Below the pieces are notes generated by a model. That model searched no databases, was not told the DNA's origin, and worked only from the letters and a program-made list of their open reading frames with translations. Of a stretch of 64,000 nucleotides of DNA, positions 45,354 to 56,047 are shown one piece after another. The position numbers and the translations under genes were made by a program. The stretch lies in contig CAIQCJ010000002.1 in NCBI GenBank assembly GCA_903870315.1, forward strand, positions 4,820-68,819. The letters run 5' to 3'. The first letter of the stretch is position 1, and each line of letters opens with the position of its first letter. The DNA is from an uncultured bacterium. Lineage in GTDB: Bacteria > Patescibacteriota > Minisyncoccia > Phycocordibacterales > PALSA-1337.

Positions 45354-46751
45354 CTATTTCAGCTTTATGGATATTCTATTCGTGTTCATCGGTACTTTAG
45401 ACCAAGGTGGCATAACCTCACCATCTACATTTTCTATGACTTGACTATATTGTCCAAAGATACTCTCTACTTGAACCGAGTTTTTGCCAAGAATTTTCTT
45501 GATGATCTCATCTATAGGTACGAAAGCGGTAAGCTTGATGGTACCTTTTATCTTTATAGATATAATAGGCTTGCTAACCTGTTTCGAAGAGGTTGGTGAG
45601 GCCGTACTCATAACAGAGACGGCTAGTTGATCTAAACCTGTTACGTCGTACTTGAAAGAACCAAATGTCGAAATAGCAGCCTGTCCAGCCAAGCGACTGA
45701 TCAGGTCGGACTTTTTGAAAATCATACCACTTACCGAACCTTGAAGAATCATTGAGCTGTGATCTTTGTCGATGCTAATAACCGTAGATGATGCAAAAGA
45801 CGATATGAAACCAGTATTATACAAAATATATCCGTTTGGAATAGTCAGTTGTATTTGCTTCTTAAGATCTGAAAAGATCTTACTCTTGAGTGCATCTGTA
45901 GAAGAGCCTATAACGTCTGAACTCACTATGCTCTTAACCCCTATCATACCACCAGCAACCGGGCCGGTTAGTCTGGCATATATGGTGTCGTATTTTGTAG
46001 TTCCTTTGTAAGCAATCATCTTAAAATCACTAATCGAGCTATTAGTTGTAATATTGTAAGTATCACCGGGTTGATCGGCTATGATGGTGGTATCTATACT
46101 TCCAGGAATAACAGACTTTGATGAAGAAACGGTGTAACCAGGCACGACAACAGATCCAGACAGACGATAAACTTTGCCCGATGAATTTACAACACGTGTG
46201 CCAGCTACGAGTCTTTGAGGCTGGTTATTGAAGGCATTATAAATAGTTACTGGGCCTTGCGCTTTTGCGAGAACGGCCGGTCCGGCTGAAGCAGAGACTG
46301 TAGTGCTGGCAGATTCTCTAACTGTAATGAATGAAAATGGTATGGTTCCAGATGCTATAGCCAATCCTTGTGCAGAATCTTGAGCGAGATATGTACTGTT
46401 AACATCAACGGAGGCAACTTTTGGTGTGACCGTGAAAGATGCTCTAGCAAAATAAACAGATGCTATATATCCAAGTCCAGCCACAACAACAATCAATCCA
46501 ATTATAAGAAGAAGCCATTTTAGACCACTGCGCTTCCTCTTATGAGTGTGAGTTTGTTGGTGATTATGGTCTGGTCTGTTTTGCTGACTGTGTTCTTGTT
46601 TGTGGTCATGCCTCCTCTCTTCTGCGACATTCACCGGTTGTGGTGAATGGTGAATAGCCTTGACATCAACATGGGCTGGTGACTTATGCGCTGGTATGTC
46701 ATGTATAGAACGACGGTTTGATGGTCGTATATCTTCTAAGCGGCGATTCAT
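45354..46751 (-). CDS. His-rich N-terminus single-TM membrane protein with large extracytoplasmic domain (hypothetical)
   Basis: N-terminal HxH-rich 70 aa (HDHKQEHSQQNRPDHNHQQTHTHKRKR), TM LKWLLLIIGLIVVVAGLGYIASVYF, then Ser/Thr/Val-rich region. Confidence 0.4.
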   Translation of the reverse strand: MNRRLEDIRPSNRRSIHDIPAHKSPAHVDVKAIHHSPQPVNVAEERRHDHKQEHSQQNRPDHNHQQTHTHKRKRSGLKWLLLIIGLIVVVAGLGYIASVYFARASFTVTPKVASVDVNSTYLAQDSAQGLAIASGTIPFSFITVRESASTTVSASAGPAVLAKAQGPVTIYNAFNNQPQRLVAGTRVVNSSGKVYRLSGSVVVPGYTVSSSKSVIPGSIDTTIIADQPGDTYNITTNSSISDFKMIAYKGTTKYDTIYARLTGPVAGGMIGVKSIVSSDVIGSSTDALKSKIFSDLKKQIQLTIPNGYILYNTGFISSFASSTVISIDKDHSSMILQGSVSGMIFKKSDLISRLAGQAAISTFGSFKYDVTGLDQLAVSVMSTASPTSSKQVSKPIISIKIKGTIKLTAFVPIDEIIKKILGKNSVQVESIFGQYSQVIENVDGEVMPPWSKVPMNTNRISIKLK

Positions 46752-46778
46752 GCGTTGATTATATCAACAAAGATGAGT

Positions 46779-47840
46779 CTAAGCGAGACTGTTGATAGCT
46801 TCTATGTATATGTTTTCTGTGATCAGTTCTATCTTGGCCTTGGAACTTGGTATACGTAGTAACCTCGTCAACAGTTTCGGATATTTCTCTGAGGAGACAA
46901 ATACATGGACAGGAGCTGCGTGTGGTATCTCTGCCAACTTAATAAATTCGTGGTATTCTCTTGACCAAGATTGCAATATTTTTTCTATAATTACGCCTGA
47001 GTTTCGGTTATGAGATGGGTCTACGTGCATTTCTGCATATAAAGACAACATAGACTCAGCGGTATGCTTTTTTACGCCGAGAGCAGCAGCGATCCTATGA
47101 GTTATGGTATTCAATCCGACAGGATAAGATGCAAAATATATAGCTCCAAGATTATTGATACTGACTATGTCAGTTATTTCGTTGTGGACATGTACACACA
47201 CATGAGCAGCTGCATCCGGGATAAGTTCCCTGCTCGATATATAATGCAGTATGAGTGAAGAGTGAAATACTATCTTATCTATAGAGACTATATTTCTACA
47301 GATATTCTCCAAATCCGTGATAAAACTCTTGCTAGCAGAGCTGACTACAAATGACACCTCCAGTTTCGCAGCACTTTTACCTTGCCAATCTTGTGTCGGA
47401 TAACCATTTAATAAAATAGAAAAGACTTTCTTCTCTATAATCTTCAGTTGGCCTGATCGGTATGCCTCTTCTGTTATGTGAAGCGTTGGCCTAGCTTTTT
47501 CGTTGGCTATAAGGTTGTTGACTAACTTTTCAGTTATCTTGGTATTTTTTGCGAAGACGGTCGAAACTGCTTGGGCTTGCGAAATAAGCCAAGGTGAAGA
47601 TACAACGCAATGAACTACTGATATCTTCGCTTTTGAATTATGCAGTATAAGATCTTTCAAAACACCTTCGACTATAAGTTTGGTGGCGGACAAAATATTT
47701 TCTGTGAGGGAACGACTATCCTTGGTTACACGATTTGGTATCTCTATACCAAGTTCGAACAATATAGTCTTACCAGATACTAGAGATCCGCGTACTGAAG
47801 AACTTTGTATGTCCAATATGAGTATAGGGTTGCTGGCCAT
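46779..47840 (-). CDS. Actin-fold ATPase-like protein (FtsA/PilM-like, hypothetical)
   Basis: N-terminal ILILDIQSSSVRGSLV resembles FtsA/PilM phosphate-1 loop. Weak; no other motif confirmed. Confidence 0.3.
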   Translation of the reverse strand: MASNPILILDIQSSSVRGSLVSGKTILFELGIEIPNRVTKDSRSLTENILSATKLIVEGVLKDLILHNSKAKISVVHCVVSSPWLISQAQAVSTVFAKNTKITEKLVNNLIANEKARPTLHITEEAYRSGQLKIIEKKVFSILLNGYPTQDWQGKSAAKLEVSFVVSSASKSFITDLENICRNIVSIDKIVFHSSLILHYISSRELIPDAAAHVCVHVHNEITDIVSINNLGAIYFASYPVGLNTITHRIAAALGVKKHTAESMLSLYAEMHVDPSHNRNSGVIIEKILQSWSREYHEFIKLAEIPHAAPVHVFVSSEKYPKLLTRLLRIPSSKAKIELITENIYIEAINSLA

Positions 47841-47920
47841 TGACTACATTTTACAGTGTTAAGGCATTCTATAGCAAGTAGATGTACAGTTAAACAAAAT
47901 AGATATTTGGAGTGCACACA

Positions 47921-49852
47921 CTATGAAAGAATGGCTTTGATCCTTCTTACACCTTGCGCAACCGCTTCTTCTTTCTGAATCTTGAAATGCCATTTTCCTT
48001 CTGGACCAGATAATTCTTTGGTATTTTCTACATGAGGACCTCCACAAAACTCTTTTGAAAAGGCCCCATCTATAGTTTGAGTATCGCCACTACCTATAAG
48101 GTTGCCACCAATAAAATATACTGAGACATCGTCGTCATACTTTTCCCCGAATAGATGTAATGCACCAGTCTTTTCAGCCAGATTTTTTGGTAAGATGACG
48201 TTCTTAACTGGTAAAGCGGCTAGAATTTGTTCATTGACTATATCCTCAACTTTCTTCTTTTCTTCTTCGGTCATCTTGGCACCATGAGATAAATCGAAGC
48301 GTAATCGTTCTGGAGTTATGTTGGAACCCTTCTGTGTAGCAGTGTCACCAAGCACTTCTCTAAGTGCTTGGTGAAGAAGATGTGTGGCTGTGTGGTATCT
48401 CACCACCATAGGGTCAGCATGACCGTCTGTAGTACCTTCCAATCCTCCTTTGAATTTCTTCTCTGCACCAGAACGAGAAAGATCTTGGTGTTCCTTGAAT
48501 TCTTCATTGAATCCAGCCACATCTACTGCAAGATTATTCTCCTTTGCCAAGTCAACAGTCATGTCTATAGGAAAACCGTATGATGAGAACAATAAAAATG
48601 CCTCCGTCCCAGTTATGCTTGACCTGGTAGTATCACCAGTGTTGACTTTTTTTGTGGTAGCCAATTTACCAAATTCTTTTATACCAACCTCTAGAGTCCT
48701 CTCAAATTTCTCAGACTCACCACGTATCTCCGTCTTGATTTGGTGTTTATCAGAGAAGATATTTGGATATATATTCTTGTATGACTCGGCATATATATCC
48801 ACCAAATCATGCAAATGCACAGATAAATCTATGGACTTGGCATAACGTATAGCTCTGCGGAGCAAACGACGCAATATATATCCACGATCGGTGTTCGATG
48901 GAGTCACGCCATCACCTATAAGAAATGTTGCCGATCTTATATGATCAGATATTATACGTGCAGATTTCAGATCAAAATGTCTAGAGTTTTTTTTCAAAGC
49001 TGACATAACGGATCTAAAAAGATCTGTGTCGTATATATTGTCGACATCTTGCAATGCCATAGTCAGACGTTCTAAGCCAGCTCCAGTATCTACCGAAGGC
49101 TTCGGTAGATTACCGATAATCTTTCCATCTTTCTTCTCGTATTGCATGAAGACGTCGTTCCAAACCTCGACGACGTCACGTGCAACATCTGCTTGTATGA
49201 ACTGGTCGCGAGTTATAGGTCTACCACCAAATACATTTTTCACATCGTAATACATCTCTGTATCTGGTCCGCAAGGACCATTATCGCCAGCTTCCCACCA
49301 GTTGTTTGCTGCTGGTAAATAGAAAACTTTTCCGGCTTGTCCAAGTCTAGTGTCTCCTTGTGCGCCAAGGACATCGTTCTTCATAAATATGTCCTTCCAT
49401 ATACTTGCAGCCTCTTCATCTCTTGAAGCAATAGTATCTCCCTCAAAGACAGTCACGTATAAACGATTTGGATCTAGTCCGAGACCGCGATTTCCTATAT
49501 CTTCCGACTTCGATGTCAAAAACTCATAGCTCCAATGTATGGCCTCTTTCTTGAAATAATCTCCCAATGACCAATTACCAAGCATCTCAAAGAAGGTTCC
49601 GTGTGTACGGTCTCCAACATCGTCTATGTCCACAGTGCGCAGACATTTCTGTGCATCGACAAGACGTTGACCCAATGGATGTACTTTTCCAAGTAGAAAA
49701 GGTACCAGCGGCTGCATACCGGCTGTATTGAAAAGAGTGGCATTGGTAATACCTTTTTCGTTTGGTGTCACCAATGAAGCTGACGGTATAACAGCATGTC
49801 CCCTTTTCTTGAAAAACTCTAGAAATCTTGAACGGATATCTGTGGATGTCAT
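47921..49852 (-). CDS. alaS: Alanyl-tRNA synthetase (short form, 643 aa)
   Basis: N-terminal RSRFLEFFKKRGHAVIPSASLV, class II core, editing-domain HTATHLLHQALREVLG. Lacks the long C-terminal extension of ~870-aa AlaS. Confidence 0.85.
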   Translation of the reverse strand: MTSTDIRSRFLEFFKKRGHAVIPSASLVTPNEKGITNATLFNTAGMQPLVPFLLGKVHPLGQRLVDAQKCLRTVDIDDVGDRTHGTFFEMLGNWSLGDYFKKEAIHWSYEFLTSKSEDIGNRGLGLDPNRLYVTVFEGDTIASRDEEAASIWKDIFMKNDVLGAQGDTRLGQAGKVFYLPAANNWWEAGDNGPCGPDTEMYYDVKNVFGGRPITRDQFIQADVARDVVEVWNDVFMQYEKKDGKIIGNLPKPSVDTGAGLERLTMALQDVDNIYDTDLFRSVMSALKKNSRHFDLKSARIISDHIRSATFLIGDGVTPSNTDRGYILRRLLRRAIRYAKSIDLSVHLHDLVDIYAESYKNIYPNIFSDKHQIKTEIRGESEKFERTLEVGIKEFGKLATTKKVNTGDTTRSSITGTEAFLLFSSYGFPIDMTVDLAKENNLAVDVAGFNEEFKEHQDLSRSGAEKKFKGGLEGTTDGHADPMVVRYHTATHLLHQALREVLGDTATQKGSNITPERLRFDLSHGAKMTEEEKKKVEDIVNEQILAALPVKNVILPKNLAEKTGALHLFGEKYDDDVSVYFIGGNLIGSGDTQTIDGAFSKEFCGGPHVENTKELSGPEGKWHFKIQKEEAVAQGVRRIKAILS

Positions 49853-49918
49853 GGTTTACATACTAGCAATATTTATTCAAAACCTCAAAATCTTGCGCCG
49901 CAACGTAACTCAGTGTTT

Positions 49919-50779
49919 TTATCTGACTGGTGCCATGTTTGAGACCTCAGCAAGTACTACTTTTGCAGCTTCGGGATGTATGCCGACAGCGTTCAGTGAG
50001 CCAGGATTTGTAGTGATATCACTAACCACTATAATACCGAGACCAATCAAGTCTTTTTTCTGGTGGTGGTTCAAACTCACTAAGCAAGTGACGGGGTAAA
50101 GGCCATTACGATCTATTATCTTATGCAGACTGTTATCTCCTGGGTGATTCCAACTGATCATATTGAGACCTTTGCAAGTCCCGTACTGTATAGCTGCTTC
50201 AGTGAACTTGGTGTTTGTGAATAAATATCTGTCAGTAAGTTTCCTCTTTATACCACCATATTCGAATGTGGTTTCTGCTAAGTCATCAAACCTGGCTTTC
50301 ACATACAAGGCCACCTTGATATCGGACTTGAGACCAAACTCGTTGTGGAATTTCACTTCAGCCATAGCTAGGTCTTTTTCTTTCCAAGCAACTACATCCA
50401 TCTCGTGTTCTACACAAGTACCAAGAAGAGTTTGGTCAGTCACAGCCTCATAACCCCAGATTTTGAAAATCTTGGCAACGAATTTCTCAAATGGGAAACC
50501 GTCAGGACCAAGTTCGAACATGGCTCGACGAACAGAATATCTTGAAGCAACGGGAGTAGAATGTTTCTTCAGAAGTTCAAATGCTCGATGATATATATCT
50601 GTTGTGGGCATACCCTGCCACATCTCCTTCTCAACTTCATCGACAACATCGTCGATAGCTTGCGAGGAAGCACCAACGTGCCTGAGAGAATTTACTAGCT
50701 TCTCTTCCTCGAAGAGCTGTGTCGTGCCGTCAGACTTAGTGATCTGCATAAGATGATTCATAAAGATATTATAATACAA
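49919..50779 (-). CDS. ATP-cone domain fused to Mrr-like restriction-endonuclease-fold domain
   Basis: N-terminal ITKSDGTTQLFEEEKLVNSLRHVGAS (ATP-cone-like), C-terminal EMDVVAW ... AEVKF PD-(D/E)xK-like core. Confidence 0.5.
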   Translation of the reverse strand: MYYNIFMNHLMQITKSDGTTQLFEEEKLVNSLRHVGASSQAIDDVVDEVEKEMWQGMPTTDIYHRAFELLKKHSTPVASRYSVRRAMFELGPDGFPFEKFVAKIFKIWGYEAVTDQTLLGTCVEHEMDVVAWKEKDLAMAEVKFHNEFGLKSDIKVALYVKARFDDLAETTFEYGGIKRKLTDRYLFTNTKFTEAAIQYGTCKGLNMISWNHPGDNSLHKIIDRNGLYPVTCLVSLNHHQKKDLIGLGIIVVSDITTNPGSLNAVGIHPEAAKVVLAEVSNMAPVR

Positions 50780-50780
50780 T

Positions 50781-52019
50781 TTAGGATATTATTCCCCCCC
50801 CAAGACATATCTGATGATCATTATCTGTGTGTACCAAGGCATTATTCATATCATCAGTCGCTGTGTATATGACCAAAGATTGTCCTGGGGTTATAGGATC
50901 TGTTGTATGTTCTATAGTCAACACCGCCGAACTGCTGGAGTGCTTATTTCTCCTAGACTGCTCGGTAGAACGTTTACCAAGCTTACTGATAAATGCTTCT
51001 ATCAGTGGTTGACGATACCTAGAACGAATCATAACTTTTGTTCCAACAGCCGGGATTTGATTCGTCCAATTCATGTATGACAAATAAACCTCTTTTGATG
51101 AAAAAACGGACTTCTTATCATGATTTGCAACAGTCAGAGTATTTTTATCCATATCCTTCGCAATAATATAATATCTTCCATCGTCTGTTGTCTTCTTGGT
51201 TATAATAAATCCATGCCTTTCTCCTAGAGTGAAAAAGAGTGCCCCAGGATGATAACCTATGATATTGCCATCGACGTCTAGGACATCACCATGACCATAT
51301 CCTTTCTGATTTTTATTCAAATAATGTTTAAGAAAATCCTTGATATCTACCTTGCCGATGAAGCACAAACCCTGACTATCTTTCTTCAAGGCATTTGGTA
51401 GGCCGAACTTGGTTGCTAGTTTGCGTACGTCAATCTTTTCTAGATGTCCTACCGGAAACAATATATGTTCCAGATCTTTTTGGTTCAATGTCCAGAGAAA
51501 ATAAGACTGGTCTTTGTTTTTATCTTCTCCAGCCAGTAGAGAATAGCCACCAAGAGTTTTTACAGAATCTTTCTTAGTTGTAACATCTTTTATATTCTGA
51601 GCATAGTGACCTGTAGCCACGAAATCTGCTCCATGGGCTTTTGCCCATTTCCAGAATCCACCAAACTTAACCTCACGGTTACACATAACATCAGGGTTAG
51701 GTGTACGACCTAAAGAGTATTCAGAGATCATATAGTCAATGACACCTTCCTTGTATTCTTTGACCAGATCCAATGTCACAAAAGGAATACCAAGATATGC
51801 CGCCACACGCATAGCATCTCTACGTTCATCTTTCCAAGTGCAGGATATCCAATCCGGTTGCCAAACTTTGATGTAAACACCAATGATGTCGTAACCAGCT
51901 TTTTGTAATATAGCCGCAGATACAGCGCTATCAACACCGCCAGAAAGACCAACAAAAACCTTGGCTTTATGAGGTTTCATGCTTCTTATCTTTTGCTTTC
52001 TGGTTATTTGACTATTCAT
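50781..52019 (-). CDS. mnmA: tRNA-specific 2-thiouridylase
   Basis: PP-loop VFVGLSGGVDSAV. Overall MnmA length; catalytic Cys region CFIGKVD. Confidence 0.85.
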   Translation of the reverse strand: MNSQITRKQKIRSMKPHKAKVFVGLSGGVDSAVSAAILQKAGYDIIGVYIKVWQPDWISCTWKDERRDAMRVAAYLGIPFVTLDLVKEYKEGVIDYMISEYSLGRTPNPDVMCNREVKFGGFWKWAKAHGADFVATGHYAQNIKDVTTKKDSVKTLGGYSLLAGEDKNKDQSYFLWTLNQKDLEHILFPVGHLEKIDVRKLATKFGLPNALKKDSQGLCFIGKVDIKDFLKHYLNKNQKGYGHGDVLDVDGNIIGYHPGALFFTLGERHGFIITKKTTDDGRYYIIAKDMDKNTLTVANHDKKSVFSSKEVYLSYMNWTNQIPAVGTKVMIRSRYRQPLIEAFISKLGKRSTEQSRRNKHSSSSAVLTIEHTTDPITPGQSLVIYTATDDMNNALVHTDNDHQICLGGGIIS

Positions 52020-52091
52020 ATTTTATATGATAGCATCTTCGACGGAACAATCAAAATCAGAAAATTTCTAACAAAAGAAAGGGGCCTGTAA

Positions 52092-52478
52092 ATGTCGAGT
52101 ATACTAGTAGTAGAAAGTAACGAACACTTCCTACAGTTAACAGAAGAGCTTCTCAGATCTAGTGGCGGACACCATGTTATATGTGCCAGAAATGGTCATG
52201 ATGCACTAAATATCCTTGCAACGAGTAAAGATATTGAAGTCGTCTTAAGCGATACTCATCTCGAAATGAGTATGAATGGTCTAGAAATGATCGCCAAGAT
52301 TGACAAGTTGGGATACGATGTGGACATTGTCTTAATGTCTGGGTTTATGGATAAAAGTATTGAACACCAAGGGCAAAATGTCGGTGCTCAACACGTCATC
52401 CATAAGATTGGCATCGCCGAACACTTGGAACGTATTGGCCTGATTCGCGGTCAGGCACCGAAATCTTCCGATATCTAA
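52092..52478 (+). CDS. Single-domain response-regulator receiver protein (atypical acidic pocket)
   Basis: CheY-like length (128 aa), ILVVESNEH ... VVLSDTHLEM (phospho-acceptor Asp candidate) ... LMSGF. Confidence 0.5.
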   Translation: MSSILVVESNEHFLQLTEELLRSSGGHHVICARNGHDALNILATSKDIEVVLSDTHLEMSMNGLEMIAKIDKLGYDVDIVLMSGFMDKSIEHQGQNVGAQHVIHKIGIAEHLERIGLIRGQAPKSSDI

Positions 52479-52530
52479 CCCGTCTCAATGACAAGGAATA
52501 AATCCGAGTCGTTCAGACGGGTTTTTCTTA
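52479..52530 (+). terminator. Rho-independent terminator (cccgtct ... agacggg + TTTTT)
   Basis: Starts right after the receiver gene stop. U-run 52522-52526. Confidence 0.5.
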
Positions 52531-52626
52531 TGTCAGATTATCCAACAAACCTATAAATACCTAGTCGGGTCATTTCCGCCATTTGACCCTATCAGGTTAT
52601 AAAATAATACTCCACAGAATAAGATT

Positions 52627-53604
52627 CTACTGTAAGAATTTTTGTTTATTGGCTATATGACCACCGAAGGTCATAGCGTAATGCATCGCACCACTTTTAT
52701 CAGAAAGATAGAAGAAGTATTTTGTGGTTGTGGCATTAACAGTATCAGATATCGCATCTAGTCCAGGATTATCTATAGGTGTTGGTGGTAAGCCAGGATG
52801 TTTATATAGATTGTATGGAGAATCTGTCGCCAGATCAGATACTGTGAGCTGGTCTGAAGTCTTATTTAGGAAATAATAGAATGGTGGATCTACTTGAAGT
52901 GGTATCTTGTTTACTATGCGTTTCCACAAAATCCCAGCAATGATCTGTCTATCAGTTGTACTGGTAGCCTCCTTTTCAACTATAGATGCCATAGTTACTA
53001 TATCCGCAAGTGGTTTGTCGAAAGATTTTATCTTGTCGCTTAAAGGAGATATATGCTTGTCGAAGTTGCTACGCATAATACTTATGACTTCATTCGGTTT
53101 AACATTTTCCAAGAAGAAATATGTATCTGGAAAGAGATATCCTTCATACTGACTTGAAGAAGCTATGAAGTCTATATCGTCGAAAGCTGGTATGGATTTT
53201 TTCAAGATGGTCGCCATAGCTTTAGTATTTGTACCTTCTGGTATAGTTACCTTAATCTTGGAAAGTCCTTGAACTCCATAAGCTGTACGATAAGCAACTC
53301 GGATAACAGACTGTGGTTGACTGAAAAGATAATCACCACTTATAACGCGTGTCCTCTCACCGGTAATGACTACAAAGGTCTTATATAGAAACTGTGATCT
53401 GATAATGTGGTTATCTGCCAGTATCTTGGCCACTTGGGAAAGTGATGAGCCGTCTTTTATGGAGATGATAACGCGGCCAGGAAAATTATTTGGTGGTATA
53501 GCAGCGAAGATAGCCGCGATGAGCACTATCACCACAGCCAAAATAATACCGATAAAAACATTGCGCTTTATTGAGCACTTGGGTGATTCTATTACTGGAT
53601 TCAT
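52627..53604 (-). CDS. mltG: Endolytic murein transglycosylase MltG (YceG family)
   Basis: N-terminal TM, YceG-like domain length and motifs (GxYxF-like SGDYLFSQP; C-terminal PLQVDPPFYY ... LYKHPGLPPTPI). Confidence 0.6.
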   Translation of the reverse strand: MNPVIESPKCSIKRNVFIGIILAVVIVLIAAIFAAIPPNNFPGRVIISIKDGSSLSQVAKILADNHIIRSQFLYKTFVVITGERTRVISGDYLFSQPQSVIRVAYRTAYGVQGLSKIKVTIPEGTNTKAMATILKKSIPAFDDIDFIASSSQYEGYLFPDTYFFLENVKPNEVISIMRSNFDKHISPLSDKIKSFDKPLADIVTMASIVEKEATSTTDRQIIAGILWKRIVNKIPLQVDPPFYYFLNKTSDQLTVSDLATDSPYNLYKHPGLPPTPIDNPGLDAISDTVNATTTKYFFYLSDKSGAMHYAMTFGGHIANKQKFLQ

Positions 53605-54887
53605 ATAGGAAGATTGGCTGGGGCCTCAGACTTCTTGGAAGGCACACGTTCAAGTGTAGGCGTACTAGCAACCGCTCCTGGGAAGTGGAAGAGTGTAGCT
53701 AACTCTTCACCATTCAAGACTAGTGGGTTATGGTCAAAAGGAGGATAGAAATAGGAGCGACGCTTGTAAGCCATGATCACCCACTTAGACATACGATTGC
53801 GACGTATATCTTTGTAATCTTGCCAAGGGTATTCTAGTTTCCCCATCCAAGGACCTCCTGGTTTGAAACCGTTTAGATGTTCTGCACTGAAATGTTTGAA
53901 GTTGCCAATGATACCACCGATATTCGAAGGATTGAAAAAATCTTTCTTCGCCATATAAATAACGCGAATACCAGCATCGAAGGCCTGCTTCGTCACACTA
54001 CGCTCAAGTGCTTCGACGATAGATTGCTCACCCTTTGATATAGAGGGCATTTTTGTATATCCAGTAGCTTCATCCTTCAAGCCAGCAACCTTAGTCTTGG
54101 CGTCACGCATAAGTATCTTGTGGACTTCCTCTTCCGCAGAAGCCTTCCAAGCATCATGCTTCTTCCACCAATGTCCCGGCTTTGTCTGCTCTTTTTTGTG
54201 AGCACGAATAAGTATCTGAGCCCAGATCTCTTGGTTGGGACCAACACTACCAAGGAATTCTAAGAAAGGGACTAACGGATCAACCTTATATTCTTCTTTC
54301 GGATCTTTGTCTAGGCCATAGTCTACATAGGTTTTTATTGGGTATGAATCCGGCTTAGTAAAAGCGAACTCTGTAGCCCAGACTTTCATTTCGTTCTTAT
54401 CAAAATGAACCGAACGTGCGTAATCTTCTCTTTCGGTAACTTCTATTCCTGGAAATGTAGCGTACAGGGCTGTCTGGACATTGTTCTTGGCGGACTGTCG
54501 CATCCAGATGAAGAACTTAACCTGACCTTCCACAGAGACGATCTCTAGCGAGAACCAGGGCCTAGTCTCACCCATCCAAAGTATCTTGTACCAGTTACCA
54601 TCTGCTGTATTATGGAAAGTATTCAAGAACATCTCCATCGCCAAAGGAGATTTATAGAGATCTTTTGGTAGTTTGATCTCTATCACGCAATACTTCTGCG
54701 AGAAAAAGAACTGCGCTCTGACGTAGCGCATCCATAGATCCCAGAAAATCCTACCGAAAATAATAGCTAGAAATATTGGAGATAATGTCACCAAATAACT
54801 CACAACCGTGGGAGTCATTGCGCTCTTGAATGTGGAAAAGATACTAGCAAAAGCCTGGTCCAATGTCATTGCAACATTATACCACAT
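53601..54887 (-). CDS. Hypothetical membrane-associated protein
   Basis: 428 aa, N-terminal hydrophobic segment, W-rich. No motif recognised. Confidence 0.35.
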   Translation of the reverse strand: MWYNVAMTLDQAFASIFSTFKSAMTPTVVSYLVTLSPIFLAIIFGRIFWDLWMRYVRAQFFFSQKYCVIEIKLPKDLYKSPLAMEMFLNTFHNTADGNWYKILWMGETRPWFSLEIVSVEGQVKFFIWMRQSAKNNVQTALYATFPGIEVTEREDYARSVHFDKNEMKVWATEFAFTKPDSYPIKTYVDYGLDKDPKEEYKVDPLVPFLEFLGSVGPNQEIWAQILIRAHKKEQTKPGHWWKKHDAWKASAEEEVHKILMRDAKTKVAGLKDEATGYTKMPSISKGEQSIVEALERSVTKQAFDAGIRVIYMAKKDFFNPSNIGGIIGNFKHFSAEHLNGFKPGGPWMGKLEYPWQDYKDIRRNRMSKWVIMAYKRRSYFYPPFDHNPLVLNGEELATLFHFPGAVASTPTLERVPSKKSEAPANLPI

Positions 54888-54907
54888 CTATTCTGTTTAT
54901 CGAAACA

Positions 54908-55954
54908 CTATATAGCTACTGGAGAATATTTACCTTCTTTGTTGTGAACGAAATACTTAGGATTTTGGAGATTGACCAAAATAGTATTTGGTTTGACATA
55001 ACGTTCTTTCATGACTTTTCCTATAATCTCATCTTTAGCCATAGGACCATTTTTCTTCAAGATCTCTGAAATGACGTCACGTACGATACCAGGAGTATAA
55101 CCCCATTCTGCCAAAGCGTAGAGCCCACGTCCGACAAGTACGAAACGTTTGTCTTTTATAAGTTCGTTGTGAGTGGTAGCGACATGAGCTTTCTTGTTGA
55201 ACATCTTCTCTATCTGCTTGGCGACGTCGCGGAAATGTATAGGTGAACCATGTTTGCGTATTACCAAGAAAGCATAATCGCGCATACCTTTTGTGCTTAT
55301 GTTTGGAGAATCAGACTTACCCCAGTCACCAAGAGAATTCCTACCAATGTTCTTGGAAATAGCCAACCAACGACGGACAATCTCTTGATTCTTATAGCGC
55401 TCAGAGACATCTTCAAGATGACTCAGGAACTTATTTACCATCTCAGATTCTGGAAGAAGATCATCTGTCTTCAAGTTGGCATATAGATTCTTCAAAGCAG
55501 ATTCAACCTTCTTTGCAACCTCTTCGTTGACGTGCCAACGATGACGGAAATCATCATCCTCCTTCTGCTTCTTAAAAGGCTCACCTACAACCAATAGAAA
55601 GTGAATGTGGTTCTGGAGAGACTTATCTTTCGAGACATGGCCAAGGAAATCATCTTCCACTACTATTCCACCAAGAGAGTGCAATAGCTCTTCTATCTCG
55701 GCAAAAGCAGCCTTCTCAAGCTTATATTCTTCAGACTTACGAACATTGGCTATACCATAGTTTTCTATCTGTCTGACACGTTCACGAGTGATGCCGTATT
55801 TCTTACCTATAGAATCCAAGGTCATACGCTTGGTGTCCTTGCCTAGACCATAACGGTAGACGAGAACTTCATGCGCACGATCTGGTAGAGATGACAAAAG
55901 CCTTTTTACGACTTGCTTAGGTTTGAATGATATAGCTGATTGGTTAGAAGCCAT
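54908..55954 (-). CDS. Sigma-70 region-4-like HTH domain protein with uncharacterised C-terminal domain
   Basis: N-terminal LTLDSIGKKYGITRERVRQIENYGIANVRK is a classic sigma region 4.2 HTH signature. Remainder unassigned. Confidence 0.4.
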   Translation of the reverse strand: MASNQSAISFKPKQVVKRLLSSLPDRAHEVLVYRYGLGKDTKRMTLDSIGKKYGITRERVRQIENYGIANVRKSEEYKLEKAAFAEIEELLHSLGGIVVEDDFLGHVSKDKSLQNHIHFLLVVGEPFKKQKEDDDFRHRWHVNEEVAKKVESALKNLYANLKTDDLLPESEMVNKFLSHLEDVSERYKNQEIVRRWLAISKNIGRNSLGDWGKSDSPNISTKGMRDYAFLVIRKHGSPIHFRDVAKQIEKMFNKKAHVATTHNELIKDKRFVLVGRGLYALAEWGYTPGIVRDVISEILKKNGPMAKDEIIGKVMKERYVKPNTILVNLQNPKYFVHNKEGKYSPVAI

Positions 55955-56047
55955 GATATTGATTTAATAATAATCTTGTTGCTCTATATATAGATACGTT
56001 TTATCACCTATACTATATAAAGTCAAGCTATTCTACACCGAAATAGC

